NCBI GenBank assembly: GCA_010093605.1
Contig: MU004182.1
Coordinates: 715,032-779,031 of the forward strand
Direction: 5' to 3'
Length of the DNA: 64,000 nt
Source: Lophium mytilinum
Taxonomy: Eukaryota
The notes beneath the pieces were generated by a model. That model was not told where the DNA came from. It saw nothing but the letters and a program-made list of their open reading frames with translations, and did no database searches. Within the stretch, counting starts at the first letter, position 1; each line of letters starts with the position of its first letter. A program made the position numbers and the translations under genes. Below are positions 1-12,155 of this stretch, in pieces.

Positions 1-56
1 ACCTTAGCTGCCATACTTAGTAGCATTAACCGCAGACTCGCATCCACTCGTCCACC

Positions 57-1514
57 ATGCCGCCCAAACGCAACTCCCGATCTCAAGCCAAATCCAATTC
101 AACCCACAACACTTCCCAAGACGAAGCATCCAGCAACCCAAACCCCATACAAATAAAACCGCCATCTAGGCCAATTCCCACAAAACCAAATTTCACTGCA
201 ACGCCAACCCGATCCACAATCCCCAACCCCATACAAATAAAACCGCCATCTAGGCCAATTCCCACAAAACCAAATTTCACTGCAACGCCAACCCGATCCA
301 CAATCCCCAACCCCATACAAATAAAACCGCCATCTAGGCCAATTCCCACAAAACCAAATTTCACTGCAACGCCAACCCGATCCACAATCCCCAACCCCAT
401 ACAAATAAAACCGCCATCTAGGCCAATTCCCACAAAACCAAATTTCACTGCAACGCCAACCCGATCCACAATCCCCAACCCCATAAAAATAAAACCGCCA
501 TCTAGGCCAATTCCCACAAAACCAAATTTCACTGCAACGCCAACCCGATCCACAATTCCCAACCCTTTCAAACCAACCGCCAAACCAATCCCTTGTCTCC
601 GCCACTGCCCTTCCAATGTCAGCCCATCTCTCATCTTTACCCACGGCGCCGGCGGTGACCTCTCCGCCCCCGCCGTCGTCGACTTCTCAACCGGCTTCAC
701 AGCAATATCCCCGCTGCTCTGCTTCGAAGGGAGCAGTAACCTCGCATCCCGCGCCTCCGCATTCGCCGCTGTTATCGCGAAAGAAGAGTCATCTACCCAT
801 GGCTTCGCAGGCGCGTTAGGTGGCCGCAGTCTAGGCGCCCGCGCGGCGGTGGTTGCGGCCACTGAGCTGTTCAAAGAGGGCAGAAGGGCGCCGTGGCTTG
901 TGCTGGTGAGCTATCCGCTGAATGGGCCCAAGGGGGACGTAAGAGATGAAATCCTGCTAGCGTTGCCGAAAGAGGCGGAGGTGCTCTTTATTAGCGGGAG
1001 CAGGGATGGGATGTGTGATCTCGCGCAGTTGAATGAGGTGAGAGCGAAGATGGAAGCGAAGAGTCAGCTGGTTGTAGTGAGAGGAGCGGACCATGGGATG
1101 CATGTTACGCCTAAGAAAGCTACGAGTGCCGTTGGAGAGGAGACGGGGATGGTGGCGGCGGAATGGTTAAGTGAAGAGCTGTCATTTTTGACGGATATCG
1201 AGATTTGGTGGGATCAGGAGGAGGGGAACGTCACTAGGGAGCTGTATGGCACGGAGGATGAGGTGCCGGCATCAAATGGCAAGGTTAAAGAGAAGGTGGT
1301 GACAAAGAAGGAGGCGGCATCATCTGCACGAGCAAGGAAGTCGACAGCGACGCCATCTAAATACCCCAAAGTGTCGACAGAGCAGCTGGATAAGGATGAG
1401 AAATCGACTAGAAAGCGGAAGAGCGCTGCTACTGGTCCGGAAACCTCAAAGTTTGCTTCAAATCCTTCAGGAAATACGAGATCTTCGAAACGGAAGAAGA
1501 GCGCCACGAAATGA
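57..1514 (+). CDS. KANL3/Tex30-like alpha/beta hydrolase with N-terminal tandem repeats and a basic C-terminal tail
   Basis: 485-aa ORF. FTHGAGG oxyanion motif, GGRSLG nucleophile elbow, SYPL, GSRD and ADHGM (putative Ser-Asp-His triad); K/R-rich NLS-like tail. Confidence 0.8.
   Translation: MPPKRNSRSQAKSNSTHNTSQDEASSNPNPIQIKPPSRPIPTKPNFTATPTRSTIPNPIQIKPPSRPIPTKPNFTATPTRSTIPNPIQIKPPSRPIPTKPNFTATPTRSTIPNPIQIKPPSRPIPTKPNFTATPTRSTIPNPIKIKPPSRPIPTKPNFTATPTRSTIPNPFKPTAKPIPCLRHCPSNVSPSLIFTHGAGGDLSAPAVVDFSTGFTAISPLLCFEGSSNLASRASAFAAVIAKEESSTHGFAGALGGRSLGARAAVVAATELFKEGRRAPWLVLVSYPLNGPKGDVRDEILLALPKEAEVLFISGSRDGMCDLAQLNEVRAKMEAKSQLVVVRGADHGMHVTPKKATSAVGEETGMVAAEWLSEELSFLTDIEIWWDQEEGNVTRELYGTEDEVPASNGKVKEKVVTKKEAASSARARKSTATPSKYPKVSTEQLDKDEKSTRKRKSAATGPETSKFASNPSGNTRSSKRKKSATK
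138..565 (+). repeat. Coding tandem repeat, 5 x 84 bp (28 aa PNPIQIKPPSRPIPTKPNFTATPTRSTI)
   Basis: Unit starts (aacccc) at 141, 225, 309, 393, 477, then a partial unit at 561. Copies are nearly identical (copy 5 has IKIK for IQIK). Confidence 0.97.
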
Positions 1515-1728
1515 ATGCTTCTAGTCAGAGACTAGTCGTGTCTGGATTAGAATCGTACATTCTTCCTATCAATTGAACATCCGGGTAGCGTTTCATTTGA
1601 TTTTCCAGGCGTCTGAACCAGCAGCGGCGAAATGCTGAACGTTCGCAAGAACAGTAATATATTTGCATATGACCCCTTTACGTTGCAATTCATCGTGGCG
1701 TGCTTACAACCACTATCAATACCCACAT

Positions 1729-3527
1729 TCACGTAGAGTACCTGAACAACGGACTCTCATCGCCCATCTCCGCCAACTGCTCATCCGTATACTTCTCTCT
1801 GACCTCTTCAACCGGAAGAGCAGCTCTCTTAGCATTGATCCGTTTCAGGATGAAATAATAAAAGACGGGCCAGACGATTCCAAATACAAAAAGCATGGAG
1901 ATACTGACCCCAAACCCGACCGGATACCTTGGACTCTCATTCGCAAGATAGATATTGCTTCCGACGATGCCTCCCAGCTGCGAGAAGCTGATCATGAGCG
2001 CGATGCCTACAGCTCGCTTCATCGTTCCAGACATGTTCAGGGCAGTCCACGCCGTCACTGCGGGCGAGATAGGATACAGCCCGCCGATGGCGAGGAAGAT
2101 ACCGAAGAGCGTCACGCCTGGCAGCTCCTTGTACCGGACACTGACGATGACGATTATAAAGCCGAACATGGCCATTGCGTTAGGTATCAGGACCGAGAGC
2201 ATGCGTTGTTGGTAGCGGTCGGCGGCCCAGCCAGAGAAGATGGTGCAGATGCAGGCGAAGATGTATGGAGGGACGGTCATTGCTTGGGCATTGGCGTTGG
2301 AGTAGCCCAGGTTTTTGATGCTGAGAAAGAGCTGTTAGGATGGTGTGGTTTCGAGATAGGAGGGCTGGCCAACTCACATTGTAGGAAGGACGAATGAGAC
2401 GCCATAGACTACGGTGCAGAGAGTGAACTCCATTGCGACGACTGCATAGATGTGGAATGACTTTGAAGGGATGCGGTTAGCGGATATAAAAAAAACCGCG
2501 CCATTCAAGTCGTCCCTACCTTGAACGCATCCTTGACCGCGCCCCACTGGAATTCTTCCCTTTCTGCAATCCCCGTCTCTCCACCAGCAGCGTATCTCTG
2601 TCTGAGTATCAAGAAGCGCTTTTCCTCCGGAGTGAGCCAGGATCCGACCTTCGCCGGTGTATCATATATTACGAAGAATGCGGCGATAGATAGTAATGCG
2701 GAAAATGTGCCTAGATTGGAGGTCAGAATCCGAAGCAACCTAGTGCGGACGATACACATACCCTCAATGCAATAGATCCAACGCCATCCTCTGTAGCCCC
2801 AAGTCCCGTCAAGCTGACCGATGGCAAAAGCTAGCAGGCCAGAGAAGCCACCGGCAGCAGAAGCACCAGAGTAGAAAATGGTCATTCTGGTATGGAGCTC
2901 TTTGGGGGAATACCAAGTGGTCAAGACAAAAGAACAGCCGGGGAAAACGCCAGCCTCGAATAGGCCGAGCAGGACGCGGAAAGCCGCCCAGCCTCCAAAC
3001 CCATTCTGAAGCGAAGAGAAGACGAGGATAAGGGATACGGCGAGCATCATGCATGGAAGCCAGATTCGGGGACCGAGCCGTTTGAGAGCGATGTTTGCCG
3101 GGACGCCACCGAAGGCGTAGGTGACGAAGAAGATGGAGAGAGCTGTGTTCCACTGTTGGCCAGACATGTTCAGGTCCTTCAGGGCACCGAAAAGCTTCGC
3201 ATTACCTGAACGTAGTCAGTACACCTCAGAATTGCAATAGGTGTGGTCCACGGCACTAACCCACGTTGGTACGGTCCACGTAAGACATGAGGTATAAGAT
3301 GATTAGTTGGGGTAGCACGCGAAGACTGTTCGCACGAGGTCAGCGTGATTTCACAGAATATGTAGATCATCAACCTACTCGACCTTGCGGATAAGCTGCT
3401 TTAGGCGGTCGCCAGACATGGTTTCGCAAAGACCGAGATACTCATCATACTCGCTGACGACCGCAAACGACGTGCTTGTATCGACCTTAGTTCGGGTAGA
3501 AGACGTCGCTTTCTCTACTTCCAACAT
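1729..3527 (-). CDS. MFS transporter, anion:cation symporter (allantoate/nicotinate permease-like) family, multi-exon
   Basis: ATG at 3527 (MLEVEK...). Exons contain RVLLGLFEAGVFPG, WYSPKELHTRMTIFY, GWRWIYCIEG, WLTPEEK and a C-terminal GDESPLFRY, all typical of the family. Confidence 0.88.
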
Positions 3528-3858
3528 GTTGGTATGTGAGTGTCGAGGGTAGCAAGGACGAGCTAGTAGGGACGGAAAGTTGTAGAGTTGAGTAGTAACA
3601 AGGGCGAGACTCAATGCCACCAGAACTTTAAAGCGATCTGATGCCGTTTTATACATACGCGGTGACGAAGCCTCCAAGACTGGAACCCATCCTAAACGTT
3701 CTTATCTTCAAGAATAGGGACGGCTAAGACTATCAGCATGAACGCCACGAAGCTCCAACTGAGAGTCAGATAAGCCTTTCATTCCGTTGTAGATACTACG
3801 GATTGGTAGATATGGCTGCTTGCATAGAGCTGCGGCGTCTCTTGCAGCTTGCCGAACA

Positions 3859-3993
3859 CACCGGGTAGTGTAGCAAATTTGCCTGTCTAGGAAAATCGGA
3901 TTTATGCGAGCGCCCGCCTCGTTTTAGCGTTCTTTCGGCGTCACTTCCGGTGGAATAGGGTTAGTGGTGGGCACCGGGTAGCTGCCAGAATTT
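3859..3993. promoter_or_regulatory. Duplicated CACCGGGTAG-N7-AATTT motif in the divergent MFS/DAO promoter
   Basis: Copies at 3859-3880 and 3972-3993 with a CCGG core typical of Zn2Cys6 targets. HGATAR-type sites lie nearby (about 3702, 3730, 3768). Confidence 0.45.
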
Positions 3994-4272
3994 CCTATTT
4001 GGGTAATGTTCTCTGGCCGAAAAGACGCCGCGTATCAGCACATTCATTAACAGCGTAGAGTTGAAAGTGGGTCCGTATCTGATATCCATGGTGTTGTTTC
4101 GAAGGATGAATGATGGCTACTCTGGCTCTCCGCTCGCTTTTCTGGCATGACCTGGCATAAACGAGCCCACAGGACTATAAGTATGCTTGGTTCCAATCTC
4201 TCTTTAGACGTTTTACGCCGTCTCCCATAAACTTCTAAGAAATCCTCGTTGATCGAGACCGGCCTTGAAAAC

Positions 4273-5448
4273 ATGGCTAGAATCACCATAGTCGGCGCAG
4301 GGTATATTTGGTTATTCCTAGCTCGAAGGGCCTGAAAGAGCTGATTTCCGAGTAGCATCACTGGCATGGCCATAGCGAGTTTACTTTCGAGGAACCACGA
4401 AGTGACGATTATTGCCAAGAATCTACCGGGCGACGAACTGGACATCAGCTGGGCTAGTCCTTGGGCAGGCGCTGTGTTCCTCGGGCTGGACGGCTCGAAT
4501 CTCGCCGAGCAGAAGATGCAGCTGGACTCTTTCGCCGTATTATGGAGACTCGCGGTCACTAATCCCGAGTCCAGCGTCAGGCGCATTGAGATACACGATT
4601 TCCAAGATGAGCGTTCCATAGAAGATGTTTGGTATAATGGGAAGCTACCAGAGTTCCGCATTATGGAGCCAAATGAACTTCCTAAAGGCTGTATTCTGGG
4701 AATGAGCTGTACGTACTTCCATATAGCCCGTCCGATTACCCGAGTGGGAATTAACCAACCGCTACAGACAAGACAGTCGTGATAACACCAAAGGTCTTCC
4801 TGCCATGGCTCAGGAAGCGTCTTGAAGATGGTGGCGTAAAGTTCAAGAGGATGAGTCTAGACTCCCTCTCCGACGCAAGATCACAGGGCCACGACATTCT
4901 CGTGAATGCTAGTGGCTCTGGCCCCAGGTTCTTGATGGACATACAAGATCAGAAGGTGCAGTACGTCCGAGGACAAACTATACACGTCAAGACCAGCTAC
5001 GACAAGATATTCATGCGGCACGGGAAGGAATACACCTACGTTATTCCTCGCCTCGACGGAACTGCTGTCCTCGGAGGTATCAAACAAGTAGGGAAATCTG
5101 ATCCGTCAGTTGATATAGACATCCAAAAAGACATCGCGAGGCGTGTGCATGAAGACTTGCCAAACGACTTCCCACTGGAGCTGACGGACTACGATATTGT
5201 TGGCCATAATGTTGGCTTACGACCGTACAGAGAGACGGGTGTGCGCATCGAGAAGGAGATTCTTAATGGAGAGAAGGTTGTTCATGCTTATGGTGAGTTT
5301 TCAGCTTCAAATAAGGAGCTTGCAAGTGGCTAACGTGAATTTCGCAGGGGTTTCTGGTGGTGGTTATGTGTTCTCTTTCGGTATAGCTAGGGCTGCAAGG
5401 GATTTGGTGGATGAGTTCGTATATCAATCGCCTGTAGCAAAGCTGTGA
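4273..5448 (+). CDS. D-amino acid oxidase (FAD-dependent), peroxisomal (C-terminal AKL)
   Basis: Spliced MARITIVGAG-ITG Rossmann start; WASPWAGA, VNASG, VRGQT, YTYVIPR, GLRPYR and VHAYG-VSGGGY; ends SPVAKL* (PTS1). Confidence 0.92.
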
Positions 5449-5907
5449 GATAAGTCCTGCGGAGTTTGAAGCCTTCGGGTGCAAATATTGAGCACCCCCA
5501 GACCATGACGCTCGGTGATCTATTTGTCATGACGTATCGAAGCTTCATCTTTTAAGGCATGGAATACTGAGGTGAACCGGAGTATGTCGACAGACGATCT
5601 GGTCAAAAGCTCTCATCGTGATTTCAGTGCTAGAATAAGAAGGTCGCGTCGACAGAAATGTGCACTCGGCATCGATCACGCTCTGAAAATCCAAGCTAGG
5701 CCATCAAGTAGAATCCGTGCAAGCTCTAAAGCATTGAGTCTGTCGAGCATTCTGATCAGTGATAAAACAAGCTATTCTGAGTGGTCTTGAGATGAGTGCA
5801 AAGATGAGGCTAAGGCAATTGACAGAAGGAGTTCCATTGCGGATGCTGACTCATCAAGACGAGCTTATCTCCGACCTGTTGGGACAACCCAACATCATCT
5901 CTCCACC

Positions 5908-8266
5908 ATGCATAAAGCCGCTCCACCTGGGCAACTGAAAGTCAAGGAATATATCCCCAAAAGCGCCTGTGATGGATCCTCCGACTTCAATGCTCCCAGG
6001 AAGCGGGCACGGGCACGTGTGCCAATCGAAGAGCGAAAAAGGGCGAAGCAGGCGTATGTATCGTCGAAGCAGAGCTTCCATTCGATAGATAATGACTGAC
6101 CATCTCCCTCATTTAAGCTGTGAGAACTGCCGGCAAAAGAAAGAGAAATGTTCGGGCGGCATGCCGTGCGAGAGGTGCTTCAAGGAGGACCGACTGTGCG
6201 AATTAGGTCAGGACTCACATTTCGCCACTGCGAAGGTAGACGGTAATCGCGTTCGATTGACCAAGTCTCAAAGATCGAACTGTATGGAAAGAGTCTTGAC
6301 CCGAATTCTCGGTGTTTCATCTGTCTCCGATGACGAGCTAGTGGCTATGGCATCGCATCAAAATCTAGCTAGCATTGCGCTTAATAGCGGGAGTTCTGGT
6401 GGGAAACAAGTCATGATGAGTGTCGAGGACGGATCGTTACAGAAGTTCTCCATGAGCCTAGAGAATAAATTGTCTCGTGGCTCCACAGACGAAGCGATAG
6501 TGGTCAAGGAGCCGCGGACGGTCAACACTCCGGGGTCTACGCCAAAAGATCGATCGATATCTCGACAATCGCCATCAAGACGGTCATTCTCTATTCAGTC
6601 GTCGCTGTCCGTACTTCCTAGTCGAGAGATGGCAGATCGTCTAGTCCACATTTTCGTCAATTACGTGCAATGCAATAACTTTTTTGTACAGGAAAGTTGG
6701 TTGCACGGAAAACTTGACTTATTATATTCTAGGTCCTTTATCCTGACATCGAAGGACATCCCAGTTATTGCTACTGTTCTCATGATTCTTGCCATGGGAA
6801 CTCAGTTCTACAACATGCAGTCGTTTCCCACTGAACCGCCTGACGCCACCGAAGAAGTTGCTATCGAGATACTTGGGAACAGCCTCTATCAGGAGACTGC
6901 CAGCCTCCTAGGGAAAGTCGTACAGGTAGGAACTTTCGAGAGCGTACAAGCTTGCATGATGCTCGCGGTCTATTACTTCCCTATAGATATGCCCGGCTTG
7001 GCGTTTACCCACCTCGGGCTTGCACTGCATCTTGCGATCAAGAACGGAATGCACAGAAAAGACTATGGCCTCGCTTTAGGACAAGTGGAACGCGAGGTGC
7101 ACGTGCGAGTGTGGTGGAGTCTCTGGTCTTTCTATCAGAGAGCGCGATGCTATCATGGCCATCCCAAAGCTCTTTCCCACGCCGACGTCGATGTGCAGAG
7201 ACCTCGCATGCTGCAGCCCTTGGACGCTATCAACAATACCTCGAAATTCCACAACCAATTGGTGCTAATCGATATCACTCTATTGCTGGAAAGCTCGGCG
7301 AATGAAATGTTAGTCCAAGATCATACTTTGTCCAACAGTGCTAATATATGGTGAAGCATACAGTTAAGGCGAAGCCAAAGTGCCACACATTTGGTCAACC
7401 TACTGGCGCTGAGACATAGACTGGTCGCGCTGAGAGAATCTCTACCAAAATTGCCCGACATCGAACAGCAGGGTATTCAAGTCGATCTTCTACGGCTCGA
7501 CATCCACGTCCATCTACACTACTGGCACTCCCGCGTGTTTCTAGGTCGGCCTTTCATCCTCGGGAACGACGCCATTTCGGACCGCCCAGATAACAGTGAT
7601 CGCCAGCCCCGAAAAATGTCGGCGAGCGACAATGCTGTCTCAGGCCTTGCCTTACTTTCCCAAGACTCCATCTCTGCGGCCATCCACATCATCCGGCTCT
7701 GCCAGCTTATACACAGCAAAATCGGCCTTGCACGAGCGTCTTACGCCACCGAGTTCACGTGTTGTCGCGCTGCAATGCTCGTTCTGATTGCGAGCAGCCT
7801 CAACCCTAACCGGCCCGATCTGAGTAGCGAACTAAACCTTGGTCTGGAACTCATAAAGCTAATGTCCAGCGGTCATGGCCAGGCCAGCTCTGAAGCGAGC
7901 GTCATCGTGGTCCTGCAAAGGGCGATCCGAAGGCTTCGAAAATCAGAGCGAGATGAGAGGAGTAAAGTCGCAGCGCCTACGATGGCGGAAGCAACAGAAA
8001 GAGATCAGTACGAGCAATGGGCTTCGCTTTGGAACCAATCCGGCACTTCGCCCACGGATACGACGACTTCGACCGCACCTATAGAGATGGCGGCCACTTC
8101 ACCCAACTTTGAGTACATGTCTGGCCAAAATATATCCGGCCAGGATGTCGACCTTTCTATGAATTTTGACTTTTCTGTTGATGCTGAGATGTCTATATGG
8201 GACGACCCATTTGGATTCCCACTCGAGTTGACGGAGTTCAGCACTTTTCCAGATCTGGAATTCTGA
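5908..8266 (+). CDS. Zn2Cys6 transcription factor with fungal-specific TF (middle homology) domain
   Basis: Spliced A-CENCRQKKEKCSGGMPCERCFKEDRLC zinc cluster; LAIKNGMHR...EREVHVRVWW MHR motif; acidic C-terminus. Confidence 0.9.
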
Positions 8267-8844
8267 GGTTATCGATCTAGATGTACCACTGAATATAGCC
8301 TGGTCACGCCGTTTTCTGAAATCTAAGCATTTATCAACTGTAGTACTCTACTACGCCACTGACATTGTCGAGTAGAATCAACATGTATTTAGTCAATTCT
8401 AGAAGAACTGAACGAAATCGTATCGCCAGTTATGGTCCGCGAATATTGATTATTTTACGCAGGGGGGTATATAGTGATAGGTACAAGTAATATATGGAGA
8501 CTAGTCAGTTATGCTGGTCAATCAACTAAAATGGAGTTTTGCAAAAGCTACGCCGAGTAATAAAGTACTATAATTACACCCTACTATCTTTACTAGGATA
8601 TCCTAAGCTCTTGAGTGCCATATCGCACCTGCAATCCAAGGTGTGGTACATCAAGCATGAGCCAATCAGCAAGTGTGAAAGCGCCGTCTTACAATGCAGG
8701 CGCAACGTCATCTCGGAAACAACGAATAACAACCACCATCCGTCAAACACCGTTGTCCACATATATCCAGAGGTTTACTTCGAACATCCACGCCTGTTCG
8801 CAAAATGAAGTTCGCATCGCCAGACATGAGTAAGATCTACCAAA

Positions 8845-10084
8845 ATGCCGAAAGAGGTACCTATACTGCAAAATCCCATTTCAAGTTGCATCAAATCTAA
8901 CAAGCGCGCAGATGACATAGACCTTAGGTCTCTTCATTTCTTGGATGAAGCACTTGTATCGATCAAAGAGCTTTCCAACCCGGCCGTCCGCAACCAAGAT
9001 CTCCCGGACTTCTCCCACTGCACCCGCATCGACACGCACACGCATCCCGTGCCCGACTGGTACCGCAAGCTTTCACCACTTGCCGCTGGCCGCGATACGC
9101 CTTCGTGGTCCCCGTCTGCTCATTTGAAATTCATGCATGAGAATGACATTACTCGCAGCATCATCTGCATCTCCACGCCCCAGGCAAATCTATTCCCGGA
9201 CGATGAGACGAGGACAGTTGCACTAGCCCGACTGCTCAACGAATTCTGCTTTGAAGTAGTACGATGCTATCCAGACCGGTTCTCCTTCCTGGCTGTGGTT
9301 CCTCTCCCGTATACAGATCGGGCTGTGAAAGAGGCGAAGTATGCGCTTGAGGAGTTGGGAGCAGTTGGTGTAGGAGTCATGACGAATCACGACGGGCTTT
9401 ACCCTGGAGACCAAAGGTTTGCGGGGTTCTGGAGCTATCTTGGGAGAAGAGACCCTATCGATGGTTGTCAGAAGAGGGAGATTGTGTTCGTACACCCGAC
9501 AGACCCCGTGATTAGGGTAGATGGGGCTCAGAAGATACCGATATCTTCGAGTGGAGGGAAACTGGTGTCATCAAACCCGGGTAAGCGCTTGCCTTTCCAT
9601 CTGTTTTCAGATATGAATGTATGCTAATATGGTCGAAGCACCCTTCCGCTCTGGCCTTGGCGAGTTCTACTTCGAGACTGCACGCGCGATATCGAGCCTG
9701 ACAGCGTCTACCACCATCCATGACAATCCATCCCTACATTTCCGCATCTCCCACGGTGCGGGAGCTTTCCCGTGCATAGCGGATCGCTTTCTACTTGGGT
9801 TTCCAGAGCTTGAGAAAAACGCACGGAAGATGTATTCCGAGAGGTTCTGGTACGACAGCGCTGGGCCTGTCTATCCTCACCAAATCAAGGGGCTTCTGGC
9901 TTACGACATCGGTGTGGGTCAGATGGTGTTCGGAACGGACTATCCATACGGTATAGGCTTCTGGGACGTGAAAGCTAATATCAATGGGCTGGCTAATGCC
10001 GACTTTCTGAATAATGAAGAGAAGGAAGCTGTGTTTCACGAGAATGCAGAGGCGTTGTGGAAGGGTAAGATTGAGAGGTTCTAA
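8845..10084 (+). CDS. Amidohydrolase_2 family metal-dependent hydrolase/decarboxylase
   Basis: IDTHTH (HxH), VFVHP, SHGAG and FGTDYPY motifs; one intron near 9581-9640. Confidence 0.88.
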
Positions 10085-10394
10085 GGCGTTGAATGATCGA
10101 AGCTAGGAATGAAATGGACAGCTTGTATGATTAGGACTTTATGACTAATGAATGAAGAACCATATCATAGGAGCGAGTGTACTTGAAAGTACACTCTAAC
10201 TCAGTAAGAAGGGCAAAAGAAGTGGGAGCGATTATTTCGTATAGTAGTTGTTATGGTTAGCGCTACTTAGTCATCAGCGTTACTAGCGCGAAACCTCATT
10301 CACATTTCCAAAACTTTCGAACCTCTCGCCAACTCCAGACCGATGCCAATGGTATTCCAACCATCCAATTGATCTCACCCATCATCCATTTACC

Positions 10395-11135
10395 ATGGAC
10401 TCCCCCCTCCTCCTGCGCCAGCTCCTCCGAGCACCCTCATCCCCATTAGCCCTCTTTACCACCCCCTCCCTCCCGCGCTCCCGAAATATCCTCCTCCTCC
10501 TACAACAACAACCAGCCACCCCAGCCCGCCTTCTCTCCACCCTTCCCCGCGTCGCCCAACCCAGTTTCTGGACTTCTGTCATCCCGAAGTTCCTGCGCCC
10601 TTCCACATCCACCTCCACATCGCCGAAACCACCGAAATCGAAAGAATGGAACCCGGCCACGCCATACATAATACTCGGGCTGCTAATCGGGTCGCAAGCT
10701 ATCCAAACAATCGCGCTGCGGAATGAGGTGGTTACCTTTACGCGACGCGCGGATGCGAAGATTGGGCTGCTGCGGGAGGTGGTGGAGAGAGTGAAGAGGG
10801 GCGAGGACGTGGATGTGGAGAGGGTGCTAGGAACCGGCGATGAGGCGAAGGAGAGGGAGTGGGAGGAGGGTGAGTGATACAGTTTCATATTTGGATTCTG
10901 GGCGGTTGAAGCTGGAGGTTTCGCGGGCCGGGTTGTACGTCAGGTTGATCAATTGCTGACTTTCTTGGCAGTGCTGAAGGAGATTGAAGAGGAAGAGGCG
11001 CTGTTTCAGTCGAAAAAGCGGAGGAAAGCGCTGAAGGATGCGGCGGCGGAGGAAGAGCTAGAGGCTGCGAAGAAGGAGGCGGAGTTGGAGAATACGATTA
11101 AAGCTCAGGCGGTGGGGAAACAAAGGTTCTACTGA
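10395..11135 (+). CDS. Conserved fungal mitochondrial membrane protein (DUF5321-like)
   Basis: Arg/Leu/Ser-rich presequence; WNPATPYIILGLLIGSQAIQ TM segment; DVDVERVLGTGDEAKEREWEE; one intron (about 10869-10971). Confidence 0.75.
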
Positions 11136-11666
11136 GGCTAGGATCGACGTGTAAGTGAGGATGTATAACAACGTATAATAGCACTCATTTGCTTTAAGAT
11201 ATCGCATGTAAACTGGGTATGTGATAAGCAGTCTACCAGCTGTTCAGCGACGAGCATAACTCCTAGATGAACCCACTCAAATCCCACCTCCTAGGCTCAC
11301 TATACACGACTCGATCTTCCCGAAACCAGCAAGAGATATATACAGTATCTCACGACTTTCGCGTGACTTTGGTAAAATCGCGATCTCGGTCTTGATCAAA
11401 GTCCGCACCCCGATCGGCCCGGCTCCGGATTTCACTATATCTAGCGGCCGCCCGTCACGAGCATTTTGATTGGTCCGCAGGAGCTTGAACCATCCTCGCT
11501 TCGGTCTTACGGCCTTACGGCCGCCCTTGTTTCAGCTTGCTATCAACACCTCTTAAAGCTCCCCCACCCCTCGCAACACCTGAACCATACACCATACTAC
11601 TCCTATAAACAACCTTCAATCGCCTCACCCCACACTCAGCTTGTCAATTGCAACACCCAAAACACA

Positions 11667-12155
11667 ATGACTGCCTCCAGCAGTGCTCTAGTCCCCTACC
11701 GCCCCAGCCCAACCACCACCCTCACAACCCGCCCTACCTCCCTCGGCCTCACCCGCGTCTTCAACACCCAAACAGGCACCGCCATCGCCACCGAACTCCT
11801 CTACCGCCTCCTCTGGGACATCCTGCAGCGCGTCCTCTCCTCCCTCCAAGGTTTCGCCAGCAAGCGCCTCGACGCGTTCTCCGAGTACCTCGATAAGCGG
11901 GGCCAGGAGCGGGAAGCGCTGCGGTTAGGGAAGATAGGGGAGGAGTTGGCGAAGAAGAACGAGGGGCTAGGGATTGTAGATGCGGTGGAGAAGTTGGAAA
12001 GTGGGAAGAGATGGCAGGGAGCTATGGGGCAAGGGCCAGTGTGTCCGATGACGGGGGAGGCGGTTAGGGGGCCGCCGGGACCGCCGTGGTGGGTGAAGAG
12101 TGCGGCGAAGGGGTGGACGGAGGCGGAGTGGAGGGTGCAGGCGATGGTGGATTGA
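11667..12155 (+). CDS. Hypothetical protein
   Basis: ATG in good context (acaATG); open 162-aa frame with the same C-rich to G-rich gradient as neighbouring real genes. Confidence 0.5.
   Translation: MTASSSALVPYRPSPTTTLTTRPTSLGLTRVFNTQTGTAIATELLYRLLWDILQRVLSSLQGFASKRLDAFSEYLDKRGQEREALRLGKIGEELAKKNEGLGIVDAVEKLESGKRWQGAMGQGPVCPMTGEAVRGPPGPPWWVKSAAKGWTEAEWRVQAMVD

Noticed and set aside
138..565. Regular repeats as a CRISPR-like array
   Set aside because: Head-to-tail identical units with no unique spacers, in frame within a eukaryotic ORF.
83..874. Antisense repeat ORFs (83-874, 99-644)
   Set aside because: Shadows of the 84-bp coding repeat on the + strand.
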